Part shown: one piece after another, positions 1-10,018 of the stretch | How positions within the stretch are numbered: position 1 is the stretch's first letter | Layout of the letters: each line of letters starts with the position of its first letter | DNA from: a virus | Taxonomy: Duplodnaviria > Caudoviricetes | Direction: 5' to 3' (one strand) | DNA: 64,000 nucleotides | IMG/VR virus record: IMGVR_UViG_2974598881_000001 | Span: 12,269 to 76,268 of that record | The notes under the pieces: model-generated | The model's input: only the letters and a program-made list of their open reading frames with translations | Database searches by the model: none | Told to the model about the DNA's origin: nothing | Position numbers and translations under genes: made by a program

Positions 1-1
1 G

Positions 2-142
2 ACGGTGTTCGAGCCCTTCGGCTTCGAGCCCTCGGGCGACGACATCCTGGAGTCCGATGTGACGTTCCAGGCGCTGCGTCCGGTCTCGACCACCCCGGTC
101 ATGACTGCGGTCCTGACCAACGGCGAGGACGCCGTGGTGTAA
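2..142 (+). CDS. Major tail (tube) protein, C-terminal fragment
   Basis: Open frame TVFEPFGFEPSGDDILESDVTFQAL...AVV* entering from the window edge with high GC3; sits directly upstream of the tail chaperone and TMP genes. Confidence 0.7.
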   Translation, partial: TVFEPFGFEPSGDDILESDVTFQALRPVSTTPVMTAVLTNGEDAVV

Positions 143-168
143 GCTCCCAGATTACCTCCTGGGATGGT

Positions 169-207
169 CCGCCCCTGGTCGTGTTGTCAAGTCGCGACCA
201 GGGGCGG
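169..207 (+). terminator. 13-bp perfect hairpin after the major tail gene
   Basis: ccgcccctggtcg (169-181) / cgaccaggggcgg (195-207); no U-tract. Confidence 0.6.
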
Positions 208-212
208 CCTTA

Positions 213-285
213 TGGCATATAGCTCAATCGGCAGAGCTTCCGACTGTTAATCGGATGGTTACAGGTTCAAGTCCTGTTATGCCAG
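213..285 (+). tRNA. trnN: tRNA-Asn (GTT)
   Basis: Acceptor tggcata/tatgcca, D arm agctc..gagc, anticodon stem tccga/tcgga with GTT, T arm acagg-ttcaagt-cctgt, discriminator G; CCA not encoded. Confidence 0.95.
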
Positions 286-333
286 CTTAACAACTGAATA
301 CATGTCAACTAAGACCAGTGAAAGGGTCAAACA

Positions 334-918
334 ATGACGCAGGCAGCTTACGAGCAGGACACCAGCGACTTCGACGGTCGCCCCGAGGCGGAGCGCGCCA
401 ACCAGCGCGCCGTGGCGGCGGGCGAGCGCATCGAGGACCGGCAGTTCGTGGACTACTTCGCCACGCCGCAGCCGACGCGCTACTACCTGCCCGACGGTGT
501 GCAGTACTTCGACTACGTCGAGCTCCGCGAGGGCGGCAAGGCGCAGTACGAGAAGGCCACCAACAAGGACATCCGCGTCCAGCGCTCGACCGGTGATGCG
601 CGCCTGTCGGTGGACCCCGCCGTGCAGCGTCAGACGCTCGTTCGCCTCTCGGTGGTGGACGCCTACCTCCTCGAGTCGGACGGTCACGGCGGCTCGCGGC
701 GCATCCCGTTCAACGCCGACCGGCCCGGCAAGTTCTGGGAGAACCTGTTCAACTTCTTCCCGGCGAAGATCGTGGAGGACCTGAACCAGGAGATCATCAA
801 GGCCAACTCCTGGCTCGCCGCCGACGACGACGTCGAGGCCCTCAAGGAGGAGCGCGAGCGCCTCGACGAGCGCATCGAGCGCGCGGAGGAGGAGCAGGCA
901 AAAAAGATCTCCTCCTAG
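334..918 (+). CDS. Tail assembly chaperone (short form)
   Basis: 194 aa between the major tail and TMP genes; slippery A AAA AAG near its 3' end. Confidence 0.9.
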   Translation: MTQAAYEQDTSDFDGRPEAERANQRAVAAGERIEDRQFVDYFATPQPTRYYLPDGVQYFDYVELREGGKAQYEKATNKDIRVQRSTGDARLSVDPAVQRQTLVRLSVVDAYLLESDGHGGSRRIPFNADRPGKFWENLFNFFPAKIVEDLNQEIIKANSWLAADDDVEALKEERERLDERIERAEEEQAKKISS

Positions 919-1181
919 AGCAAGCGCAGGATTTCGTCAAGGGTAAGGGTATCTCGAACCCCCATCCCGCACTTCTGATCTACGCTCGACTCGAGGCGAT
1001 GAAGTGGGCGATTCCCTACACTCCTGGAGGGATGGAAGACCAGAGCGTAATGCTCCTCCGTTGTTTCGACTTGATCAATAAGGTCAAGAACGATCACGAG
1101 AGACAAGAGAATAAGAAGCGTGACCAAGAAATGAAGGCGCGGCAGAAGTCGCCGAAAGCCTCAGCTCGACGGAGACGCTGA
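334..1181 (+). CDS. Tail assembly chaperone, -1 frameshift fusion form
   Basis: Heptamer A AAA AAG at 900-906; the -1 frame is open from 906 (DLLLEQAQDF...) through the 999..1181 ORF. Confidence 0.88.
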
Positions 1182-1222
1182 CACACGAAGGGTAGTGCTT
1201 GCGAGCACTACCCTTCGTGTGT
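1181..1222 (+). terminator. 19-bp perfect hairpin between chaperone and TMP
   Basis: acacacgaagggtagtgct-tgcg-agcactacccttcgtgtgt. Confidence 0.55.
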
Positions 1223-1288
1223 ATCATGGGTACGAACTCAAGGACACCCGAGGTCCATTTCATTGGACTTCGAAGTCTGGAGTGAGCC

Positions 1289-4200
1289 TTGAACTCGGCA
1301 GCGACGAACATTCTCATCACCGCGCAGGCAGCGCAGGCGGTCGCAACTCTTAACCGCGTTCAGGCCCAGCTTCGTGCCCTTCAGATCGCTGCCCGCACTG
1401 CGCAGACCTCGTCGAACGGTAGCTGGTTCGGCACGATGGCCGCAGGCCAGGGGCGCATCACCGCGACTCAGGCCTCTCTTCGAGGATTCATCGCCTCGAC
1501 CAACACAGCGAACGCTGCCAGTAATAGGCCGTGGTTCGCGTCGATGACAGCTGCCGGTTCCAGGCTACAGTGGATCGGCAAGCAGCTCACAATGAACTTC
1601 ACGGCACCACTCTTGCTTGCGGCGGGAGCGGGTGTCAAGTTTGGCTTGGACATGGAGAAGTCCATGACCAGGCTGAAGAAGGTCTACGGCGATGGCTCGA
1701 TGAGCGCCAAGCAGCAGACCAACGAGGTCAAGGCGCTCGAGAAGGCGATGATCGCCCTTTCGGACACCTACGGTGTAGCCTCGGATGAGGTTGCCAATGT
1801 CGCCGCCGACTGGGCGGCTGCGGGTAGCTCGGGCAAGGCGCTTGCCGAGCAGACCAAGCTCACCCTCGAGACGATGATTCTCGGCGAGATGGACGCCGAG
1901 GAGGCTACCAAGTCTCTGATCGCCATTCAGGCTCAGTGGGGCGCGGTCACCGAGACCACCTCCGACAAGCTGGATAAGAATGGCAAGGTTATCCAGAAGG
2001 TTGCCAACGACAAGCTGAGTCTCACTACTATTCTTCGCCAGCTCAACGCGGTGGAGAACGAGACCGGCACCTCGATGCAGGACCTCGTTACCGCGTTCAG
2101 CAAGGCGTCGGGCGTTGCTCGCACTGTTGGTCTCGACACCGCCCACCTTGCCGCGATGGTGGCAGCGCTTGTTCCCGCAGCGGGCAGTGCAACCGAGGCC
2201 GGTAACGGCCTCAAGACGATGCTCACTCGCGTCATGAACCCGACCAGGGCTACCCGTCAGGTTCTCGATGCGATGGGCATTTCGCTCTCGGACGCGGGCT
2301 GGCAGAGTGCAAACGCCGCACAGCGTCTTGAGATGTTGTCTGAGAAGTTCGGTGGCCTGACTCAGGCCCAGAAGATCCAGGCGTCCGCGTTGGTCGCCTC
2401 GGTGTGGCAGATTAACAAGTTCGAAGTCCTTATGGACTCGATGCGCAACAAGATGGGCTACTACCACAAGTCGCTCGCCTTGCTTGCGGATCAGGACCGC
2501 GTGGCGATGATCGCTCAGCGAGAGCTTAACGCGGTCCTCGAATCGAGCCCGCAGCGTGCAAAGCAGGCTGGCGCTATCATCAAGAACTCCTTGATGAAGG
2601 CTATGGAGCCACTGATCCCTGTTATCATTCAGGTGGCGCTGTGGTTCGGCAAGCTGTTCCGAGCCTTCTCGGAGATTTCGCCTTCGGTGCGATCCCTGAT
2701 TGTTGTCATTCTTCTTGTGATGGCAGCACTTGGCCCCATGATTATCATGATGGGCCTCCTTAAGCTTTCGATCGGCCAGCTTGCACCGATCTTTGCGGTT
2801 CTCGGTCGAGCTATTCTGCTCCCGCTAGCTCCGCTCAAGCTCCTCTCGATCGCGTTCTGGGCGAGCATGATTCGCTCGACCGTCGCTGCAAAGGCCCTGC
2901 TCGGCGTCATTGCGGTTGGCAAGGTCTTCGCGATTGGCATGACTTCGGTTGCAGCCATTACGGTTGGCGCGTGGCGCCTTCTCTACATGGCTGTAGCATC
3001 TAACGCACTCAAGACTGCGGCCGTCTGGGTTTCGACTACCGGCATGATGATGCTGGCCAGCTTCCGCCTTCAGGCCTCGCTGATCGCGGCGGCGCTTATT
3101 CTTAAGGCTCGCCTTCTCGTAATCAACGCCTCGATGTGGATTATGATGGTGGCCGCTAACGCGAGCTACTACGCTCGTATGCTGGCTATGAACGCCATGT
3201 TCTACACCGGCATGGTTTTTGCCATCTTGGTAGCCAAGGCTAAGATTATCGCTGCAACAATCGCGACATGGGCCACCACTACGGCCATCACCGCCGCAGG
3301 GATTGTCCGAAACTTGGGACTCTGGGCACTGTTCTCGCGCGGAGTCGGTCTCATCTGGGCCGGTATGCGCGCCGTCGCTGCAGCGGGTGCGGCCGCAATG
3401 GTGACTATCCAGACCGCGATGGCAGCGGCCTCACTCGTCGTGCAGAAGGCATGGGCCGTCGCCACCCTGGTTACTTCGGCAGCCATGTGGAAGGGGCTCA
3501 TCGCCCTCGCCCTGGGCGGCTCGCGAGGTATCGTTACGGTTGTCGCTCGAGCTGGCGCAATGCTGCTGGCAGTTCTGGCGTCGCCTTGGGCGCTCGCAAT
3601 CGGAGTCGTTGTTGGCCTGATTGTGATGTTCCGAACGCAGATTGTACAGGCGTTCAACAACATCGTCAACTACTTCAAGAACCTCCCTGCCGAGACTGCC
3701 AAGGGTCTTTCGCCTTTGACAAACATCTTCGTCAAGGCAAAGAACGCAGTCGTCAACGCTTTCAATGCGCTTCCGGCGGGCGTGAAGAACGCCCTACTTG
3801 CAGTCGTGCGCATCGTTCGCGCGGCGGCTATGAAGGTGTACGAGCTGTTCTCGTACATCAACCCGTTTGCTCGCCACTCTCCCTCGTTGGTCGAGAACGT
3901 TACTAACGGTATGGCCGAGGTGAACAGGCAGTTCACCAACTCTGCGGCTGTTGCCAAGCGCTCGATCAACGAGATGCACGCCTCGGTCAAGAGCCTCGAG
4001 GGCATGGGCAAGGGGCTTGCCGCTGCCAACGCACAGGCCGACCGAGACAAGGTTGCGAGTAACGCTGGCAAGGCTGGCGTCGGCAACGCGATGCCCGAGT
4101 ATGATCGACTGAACGCTCAGGTCAAGGCTTCCAAGGCTGAGCTCGCTAGCATGAACGCTGCTATCGAAGCACAGGAGGCCAAGCTCAAGTCTGTCAAGGC

Positions 4201-7200
4201 TGGCGTCGAGGCGTACGACGCTGCGCTCGAGAAGATGAACAGTGAGCTCGCGACCACCGAGTCCATCCAGCAGGACGTCTCCCGCGCCCTGGATGCCGCT
4301 AAGGCACGCTATGACCGCTTTGCCAACGCTCAGATCAAGGGCATGGGCGCGGCGGAAGATGCTATCTTCGCTAACACGATGGCGCAGAAGCGACTGCAGC
4401 TTCAGATCAAGAAGATGGAGCAGGAGTCCGGCGGCGTCGACAGCCTGACCGACTCGTACTCCAAGCTTCAGGGCTCGATCGAAGAGCTGACCGCTAAGCA
4501 GAAGGAACTGCGCGAAGGTGGCGCAGGGTCTGACGTGCTTGGCGAGTACGACAAGATGATCGCCGAGCTCAAGGCTCAGCAGGGCGGCATCATGGACGGT
4601 CAGCTCGACGGTCCCGCCGGAAAGCTCAAGGAGCTTAACGACCAGCTTCAGCAGCTTCAGAACCAGGCCGAGATCATGGACCTGGAGAAGTCGCTTCAGT
4701 TCGACTCGCTGAACCGTAACATCGAGAAGTTCAAGAACAACGTCGAAGAGCTTCCGTACGGCCAGATCATGCAGGGGATGGACTCCTCTCGCACCTCGGT
4801 TAATAATCTTCAGTACGCTTACGACAGCTTGGGTATCGTGATCGACGGCCAGAAGGCCAAGATTGCCGACACCCAGGCTGCTCGTGATGCGCTTCAGAAG
4901 ACCTACGACGCCGAGAACACCAAGCTCGAGAAGGTCAAGGAGACCTACCAGGAGCTTGAGGAGGCTATCCGCTCGGGCGAGCAGGCGATGCAGGACTTCG
5001 CCTCGCAGGCCGAACAGGCCGTGCAGCGCCAGGAGGAAGCCGCAGCCGCAGCCGAGAAGGCCGCAAAGGCTGGCAAGAAGGGCAAGGGCGGCGGCGGAGG
5101 CGACGACACCTCGAATGCGCTTCAGAACTTCGAGGATGCTGGCGCGGGCGACTTCCCGACCTTCGGCGGCAAGGATACCATCGGTCGCGAGGGCGGTCTT
5201 GGTGATCAGTCTTCGCAGATTGACCAGTTCACCAAGAGCCTCACCGAGGGGCTCGAGACCAGCCTCGGTGGGCTGAACCCGTTCGCACCCCTCATGAAGT
5301 GGTGGGACAACACGGTCAACTGGTTCAAGGGTATGATGGGGCCGTTCGGCGACATCTTCTCAGGAATCGGCGAGGGTATTCGAGTCGCGTTCGGTTCGGA
5401 CGACACCGGCGCGGTAAGCGGCTTCGGTCAGACGATTCAGACAGTCAAGGATTCGCTCAGCGGATTCTGGGACACGCTCAAGACTATCGGTAGCCTTATC
5501 GGTGGTCTATTTGGCCCTGACCTTATGACTTCGGTTTCTGAGTTCGGCAAGGGCTTTGCAGACATCTGGGGCAAGATCTCCGGCCCACTTAAGGATCTCG
5601 GCGCCGAGGTCATGCCGTTCATCAAGGCGGCATTTGAGGCACTTGTTCCCGTCATTGGCATTTTTGTTGGCGCCCTGGAGATCATCTGGGAAGTTATCAA
5701 CGGAGCTATCGGACCCGTCTTCAACTGGCTGGGCGACATCATTAAGTCGATCATCCAGGTTATCACTGGTGTTGTTAAGATTATCACGGGCGTCATCAAT
5801 GTTGTGGTCGGTCTTGTTAAGACTGTCATTGGCGTTATCAAGGGTATCTTCACTGGAGACTGGAGTACCGCAATCGAAGGGCTGAAGCAGCTCTTCTCTG
5901 ATGGATTTGGCAAGATCTTCAGCGGAATCTGGGATATTGTCAAGGGCATCTTTGGTGCCATCTGGTCTACGATCAAGAACTTTGTTTCCCTTATTATTAA
6001 CACCATCTGGGGATTCATCAAGGGTGTTATTGACTTCTTCACCGAGCTTTGGGACGTGCTCGTTGGACACTCGATTGTTCCTGATATGGTCAACGCGATC
6101 ATCGAGTGGTTCTTCAAGCTGCCCGGCACACTGCTTGGAATGATTGGCGACTTTATTGTCGCTATTGTTACGTTCTTCTTCGAGCTCCCCGGAAAGATTC
6201 TCGGAGCACTTGGTGAACTCGGCGGTCTACTTGGAGAGTGGCTCGGCAAGGCGTGGACTTGGCTCAAGGATAACGCCCCCGGCTTGGCCGAAGGCTTCAT
6301 GCAGTGGGTGCGTGATTTCCCCGAGAACTTCATGACCGGTCTCGGCGTGTTGGGTGACAAGATCGGCCCTTGGTTTGGCAAGGCTTGGGATTGGCTTAAG
6401 GACAATGCGCCTAATCTAATCCTTGGCTTCCTCACCTGGGTGGCCGGTATTCCCGGCTTCATCTTGGAGAAGCTCGGCCAGCCTGCCGGTATGCTTCTCC
6501 AGTACGGCAAGGATATGATCCAGGGTCTGCTTGACGGCGCTGGCTCCTTGCTCAAGGACATCGGCAAGTTCATGCTCGACAAGCTGCCGGGATGGATCAA
6601 GGAGCCCTTCAAGAAGGCGATGGGGATCGCGTCCCCCTCGAAGGTTTTTAAGGGCTACGGCAAGAACCTCGGCGAGGGTCTCGTCATCGGCATGGACGGC
6701 CAGCAGAAGGCCGTGGAGGATTCCTCCAAGGCTCTCGCGGCGGCTGCCGACACCGGGCCTATCGACATCAGTGCCGCTCCCGATACTTCGAGCGTGACCG
6801 GGGCGATGAATGCCGTAGCGAAGCAGGCAGCCGCCGCGCCCGCAGCAACGGCCACTATCGACGCGCAGGCGGGCGCGGTCGCCGCCGCCGACCCGTCGCA
6901 GCTCAACCTTGACTCCACGACTGCGGAGCTCGACGCATTCATCGCAGACTCGACCGCCAAGTTGGACGCATTCAACGCGCAGGTGACCGGCAGTATGGTC
7001 GCGATGGCCGAGGCTATCGCTGCAGCGTTCAAGGCTATTGAGACCTCGGCCTCCACCTCGTTCACTGCACTCGCGGGAACCGGTGTTAGCCAGTTCACGA
7101 CGATGCAGACGACTTTGGTTGCCATCGTCACCAAGATGGTCGCCGACATCGCGGCTCAGCTGCAGTCGCTGTTGGAGCAGGTTAAGGCGTTCACTACTCA

Positions 7201-10018
7201 GTTCGCCGCCGCGTGGCAGGCGCTGTGGGACAGCTGGAGCACCAAGAGTGTCGAGGGTGTGGACAAGACCCTGACCGAGTGGGAGCGCCTCGCCGAGGGA
7301 CTGAATAACACGGTCGAGACTGGCATCAAGCCAGTGTTCGATAGCTTGGCCGAGATGCTCAAGCAGACCGAGGAAGGCTTCACCAAGTCTGTCGAGAATA
7401 TCGGCACGGCTTGGGGTGGCCTCAAGGAGGGCACCGCCGCTCCGGTTCGCTTCACTGTGAACACGGTCTACAACGAGGGTCTTCTCGCAACTTGGAATGG
7501 TGTCGCCGACCTCATTGGCGGCAACAAGATGAGCCCAATCTCGCTCAAGTTCCGCGACGGTGGTCCAGTGCGCGGCCCTGGCACGGAGACCAGCGACTCG
7601 ATCCCTGCGCTGCTGTCGAAGAACGAGTACGTGCTCAGTGCCGACGCTGTTCGCCGCGCTGGTGGCGTGGGCAACCTGAACAAGTTCAACTTCAGCAGCA
7701 CCTCGCCGCAGGGTATGTTCGGGATCGGCGGTCGTGGTCAGGTTATCCGTCGTGCAACAGGTGGCCCCGCCGACCCCGGCTCGCCTTCGCATGAGGCGCT
7801 TCAGCGTGGCTACCTGTACGCTCGCAAGATCGCGCCCGGTCCTTATGTTCTTGGTGGCAGCTCGGGCGGCTCGAGCGCCAATGGCACTGACTGCTCTGGT
7901 TACCAGTCGGAGATCGCAGACGTCATCATGGGCGGCCCCGGTGGCGCTCGCAAGTGGGCTACCGGCTCGTTCCCCGGAGGCGGTGGATCGCAGGGTGCTG
8001 TTGTCCGTATCGGCAACCAGACTTGGCTCAAGGGCCTTGGCGCTGGCCACTCGGTTGGCATCTCGGTCCCCCACGCGGCGGGCACACTGGGCGGCGTCCC
8101 TGGCCTCCCGGCGATAAACGTTGAGTCCGGCGGCGGAACCGGCCAGGGCGCTACGTTCGGCGGGCGTGCAACCGGCGCTGACGATCGCCAGTTCCCGACT
8201 CAGTACCACCTTGCTATTCTAGACTCGGCGTTCGTGTCGGGCGGTGGTGGCAGTGGTGCCTCGATGAAGGAAATTCTTGGCGGCATGGTCAAGCCTGGCC
8301 TCGACAAGATGATGCAGCAGGCAAGCGACTACAGCGCTAACGCCAAGGGCTTCAACGGTCAGATTCCGAAGTTGGTTGCCGCTAAGTGGAACGAGACCAC
8401 CCTCAAGAAGATCGAGGCAGAGTCCGCAAAGCTTGACGTTAGTGGCCCCGCCGCGGTTGGTGGCGTCGAGAGCGTCGAGCGCTGGCGCCCGATGGCGACC
8501 GCGGCCCTCAAGCGTAACGGGTTCTTGGGCGACAAGCGCGATCAGGACCTCATGCTCAAGCAGATCATGACCGAGTCGGGTGGCCGACCTGGTGTTCTGC
8601 AGACTGTTCAGGACGTCAACTCGGGTGGCAACGAGGCGCAGGGTCTTCTTCAGATTGTGCCCGGCACCTTCGCGGCCTACCGAGACCAGACGCTTCCGAA
8701 CGATCGCACCGACCCCTGGGCGAATATGAACGCCGCTCTGCGGTACTACAAGGATCGCTACGGCAATGACCTCGGTACACACTGGGGCAAGGGCTTCGGC
8801 TATGACAACGGCGGCTTCTTGCAGCCCGGTATTATCGGCAACTTCACCGGCGGCGTTGAGCCTGTTCTGACTTCGCAGCAGTGGAACGCTATGTACACCA
8901 TCGCTGCAAACGCGCCTCGACTGAATCAGCTGACCATGCAGGAGGCGGTTGAGCGCGCCAACGAGGAGACTGGCAACACCGACAAGAAGCAGACCGAAGC
9001 CATCATCAAGGGCATGGAGGTTTGGCAGGAGGCCTGGAAGCCGCTAGTCTTTGATGCGACCGAGAAGTCCACCAAGGCTACCGAGTCTATGACCAAGGCG
9101 GCGACTGCTCAGACTGGTTCTACGCAGATTCTCACCAAGAGCATCGGCAAGTGGGACACCACAGTCAAGGAGCTGTCGAAGGCGCTGACACAGTTCTCGC
9201 AGTCGATGCAGCAGTCCATCCAGGTTCAGCAGGGCGGCGGAAGCGGCGGAAGCAGCTTCGGAACCATTAATCTCGGTGGAGTCAACGGTGGAGGTGGCGG
9301 ATCGGGCGCTAACGCTGGCGGGTTCAGCATGAAGGCTCCCACCTTCGGCGCCTGGGCTCCGATGCTCAATGTTATGGCCGACCTCCTCGAGGCCCTGCCG
9401 TATGCAGAGCGTAACTGGACTGCAGATAATCCGGTTCCTGGCGAGACAGAGAAGCAGCGCAAGCAGCGTATCGCGGCGAACAATCTCACGAACTTTGCCA
9501 AGGGTAGTTACAACGTTGTTAAGGACGTTGGCCCTCCCGTTCTGCGTCACACGGCTATCATCGGCAGTGCTGTCGAGAAGCTTGTGTACGAAGATGGCGA
9601 AGCCTGGAGTGCGGCGTTCGCGGCTATCGCCCAAAACAACCCTGCGGGTTACGCTATCGCAGTGTTGCTGGGTATTAAAACAGTCGCTACGCTCGCGCCT
9701 CTGATCCTCGCTGCAATCATGGATATTGTGCCCGCGCTAATCCGTGCTATTGTTAGGTTCCTAACCCAGTTCATGCCTGATTCGGTGTTCGCTTACGCCG
9801 ATTTGGCAGCCGCAGAGAACGCAGTACTGGAGCAGCAGGAGGGTGGCGAGGTCGCACAAGGCCAGGGCCGACGTTACCCGACTGAGGCAATGGTTAGCCC
9901 GAGCGGTAACGCTCCTGTCAACCTCTTTATCTACGGAGACCTCGAGATGCCGAATGTTAGTGATGGAAGCGACGCAAATGAGTTCGTCGACCAGCTCCGA
10001 CTGTTGGCGAGCAAGTAA
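1289..10018 (+). CDS. Tape measure protein with NlpC/P60-like and SLT transglycosylase domains
   Basis: 2909 aa; N-terminal TMP domain, coiled coil and W/F-periodic repeats; DCSG (Cys ~7892) and PHAAG (His ~8072); TESGG...AQGLLQIVPGTF SLT motif at ~8570-8670. Confidence 0.97.
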   Translation: MNSAATNILITAQAAQAVATLNRVQAQLRALQIAARTAQTSSNGSWFGTMAAGQGRITATQASLRGFIASTNTANAASNRPWFASMTAAGSRLQWIGKQLTMNFTAPLLLAAGAGVKFGLDMEKSMTRLKKVYGDGSMSAKQQTNEVKALEKAMIALSDTYGVASDEVANVAADWAAAGSSGKALAEQTKLTLETMILGEMDAEEATKSLIAIQAQWGAVTETTSDKLDKNGKVIQKVANDKLSLTTILRQLNAVENETGTSMQDLVTAFSKASGVARTVGLDTAHLAAMVAALVPAAGSATEAGNGLKTMLTRVMNPTRATRQVLDAMGISLSDAGWQSANAAQRLEMLSEKFGGLTQAQKIQASALVASVWQINKFEVLMDSMRNKMGYYHKSLALLADQDRVAMIAQRELNAVLESSPQRAKQAGAIIKNSLMKAMEPLIPVIIQVALWFGKLFRAFSEISPSVRSLIVVILLVMAALGPMIIMMGLLKLSIGQLAPIFAVLGRAILLPLAPLKLLSIAFWASMIRSTVAAKALLGVIAVGKVFAIGMTSVAAITVGAWRLLYMAVASNALKTAAVWVSTTGMMMLASFRLQASLIAAALILKARLLVINASMWIMMVAANASYYARMLAMNAMFYTGMVFAILVAKAKIIAATIATWATTTAITAAGIVRNLGLWALFSRGVGLIWAGMRAVAAAGAAAMVTIQTAMAAASLVVQKAWAVATLVTSAAMWKGLIALALGGSRGIVTVVARAGAMLLAVLASPWALAIGVVVGLIVMFRTQIVQAFNNIVNYFKNLPAETAKGLSPLTNIFVKAKNAVVNAFNALPAGVKNALLAVVRIVRAAAMKVYELFSYINPFARHSPSLVENVTNGMAEVNRQFTNSAAVAKRSINEMHASVKSLEGMGKGLAAANAQADRDKVASNAGKAGVGNAMPEYDRLNAQVKASKAELASMNAAIEAQEAKLKSVKAGVEAYDAALEKMNSELATTESIQQDVSRALDAAKARYDRFANAQIKGMGAAEDAIFANTMAQKRLQLQIKKMEQESGGVDSLTDSYSKLQGSIEELTAKQKELREGGAGSDVLGEYDKMIAELKAQQGGIMDGQLDGPAGKLKELNDQLQQLQNQAEIMDLEKSLQFDSLNRNIEKFKNNVEELPYGQIMQGMDSSRTSVNNLQYAYDSLGIVIDGQKAKIADTQAARDALQKTYDAENTKLEKVKETYQELEEAIRSGEQAMQDFASQAEQAVQRQEEAAAAAEKAAKAGKKGKGGGGGDDTSNALQNFEDAGAGDFPTFGGKDTIGREGGLGDQSSQIDQFTKSLTEGLETSLGGLNPFAPLMKWWDNTVNWFKGMMGPFGDIFSGIGEGIRVAFGSDDTGAVSGFGQTIQTVKDSLSGFWDTLKTIGSLIGGLFGPDLMTSVSEFGKGFADIWGKISGPLKDLGAEVMPFIKAAFEALVPVIGIFVGALEIIWEVINGAIGPVFNWLGDIIKSIIQVITGVVKIITGVINVVVGLVKTVIGVIKGIFTGDWSTAIEGLKQLFSDGFGKIFSGIWDIVKGIFGAIWSTIKNFVSLIINTIWGFIKGVIDFFTELWDVLVGHSIVPDMVNAIIEWFFKLPGTLLGMIGDFIVAIVTFFFELPGKILGALGELGGLLGEWLGKAWTWLKDNAPGLAEGFMQWVRDFPENFMTGLGVLGDKIGPWFGKAWDWLKDNAPNLILGFLTWVAGIPGFILEKLGQPAGMLLQYGKDMIQGLLDGAGSLLKDIGKFMLDKLPGWIKEPFKKAMGIASPSKVFKGYGKNLGEGLVIGMDGQQKAVEDSSKALAAAADTGPIDISAAPDTSSVTGAMNAVAKQAAAAPAATATIDAQAGAVAAADPSQLNLDSTTAELDAFIADSTAKLDAFNAQVTGSMVAMAEAIAAAFKAIETSASTSFTALAGTGVSQFTTMQTTLVAIVTKMVADIAAQLQSLLEQVKAFTTQFAAAWQALWDSWSTKSVEGVDKTLTEWERLAEGLNNTVETGIKPVFDSLAEMLKQTEEGFTKSVENIGTAWGGLKEGTAAPVRFTVNTVYNEGLLATWNGVADLIGGNKMSPISLKFRDGGPVRGPGTETSDSIPALLSKNEYVLSADAVRRAGGVGNLNKFNFSSTSPQGMFGIGGRGQVIRRATGGPADPGSPSHEALQRGYLYARKIAPGPYVLGGSSGGSSANGTDCSGYQSEIADVIMGGPGGARKWATGSFPGGGGSQGAVVRIGNQTWLKGLGAGHSVGISVPHAAGTLGGVPGLPAINVESGGGTGQGATFGGRATGADDRQFPTQYHLAILDSAFVSGGGGSGASMKEILGGMVKPGLDKMMQQASDYSANAKGFNGQIPKLVAAKWNETTLKKIEAESAKLDVSGPAAVGGVESVERWRPMATAALKRNGFLGDKRDQDLMLKQIMTESGGRPGVLQTVQDVNSGGNEAQGLLQIVPGTFAAYRDQTLPNDRTDPWANMNAALRYYKDRYGNDLGTHWGKGFGYDNGGFLQPGIIGNFTGGVEPVLTSQQWNAMYTIAANAPRLNQLTMQEAVERANEETGNTDKKQTEAIIKGMEVWQEAWKPLVFDATEKSTKATESMTKAATAQTGSTQILTKSIGKWDTTVKELSKALTQFSQSMQQSIQVQQGGGSGGSSFGTINLGGVNGGGGGSGANAGGFSMKAPTFGAWAPMLNVMADLLEALPYAERNWTADNPVPGETEKQRKQRIAANNLTNFAKGSYNVVKDVGPPVLRHTAIIGSAVEKLVYEDGEAWSAAFAAIAQNNPAGYAIAVLLGIKTVATLAPLILAAIMDIVPALIRAIVRFLTQFMPDSVFAYADLAAAENAVLEQQEGGEVAQGQGRRYPTEAMVSPSGNAPVNLFIYGDLEMPNVSDGSDANEFVDQLRLLASK

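Noticed and set aside
185-190. Antisense TTGACA promoters at 185-190 (-), 303-308 (-) and 41946-41951 (+)
   Set aside because: No TANNNT -10 at 16-18 nt spacing
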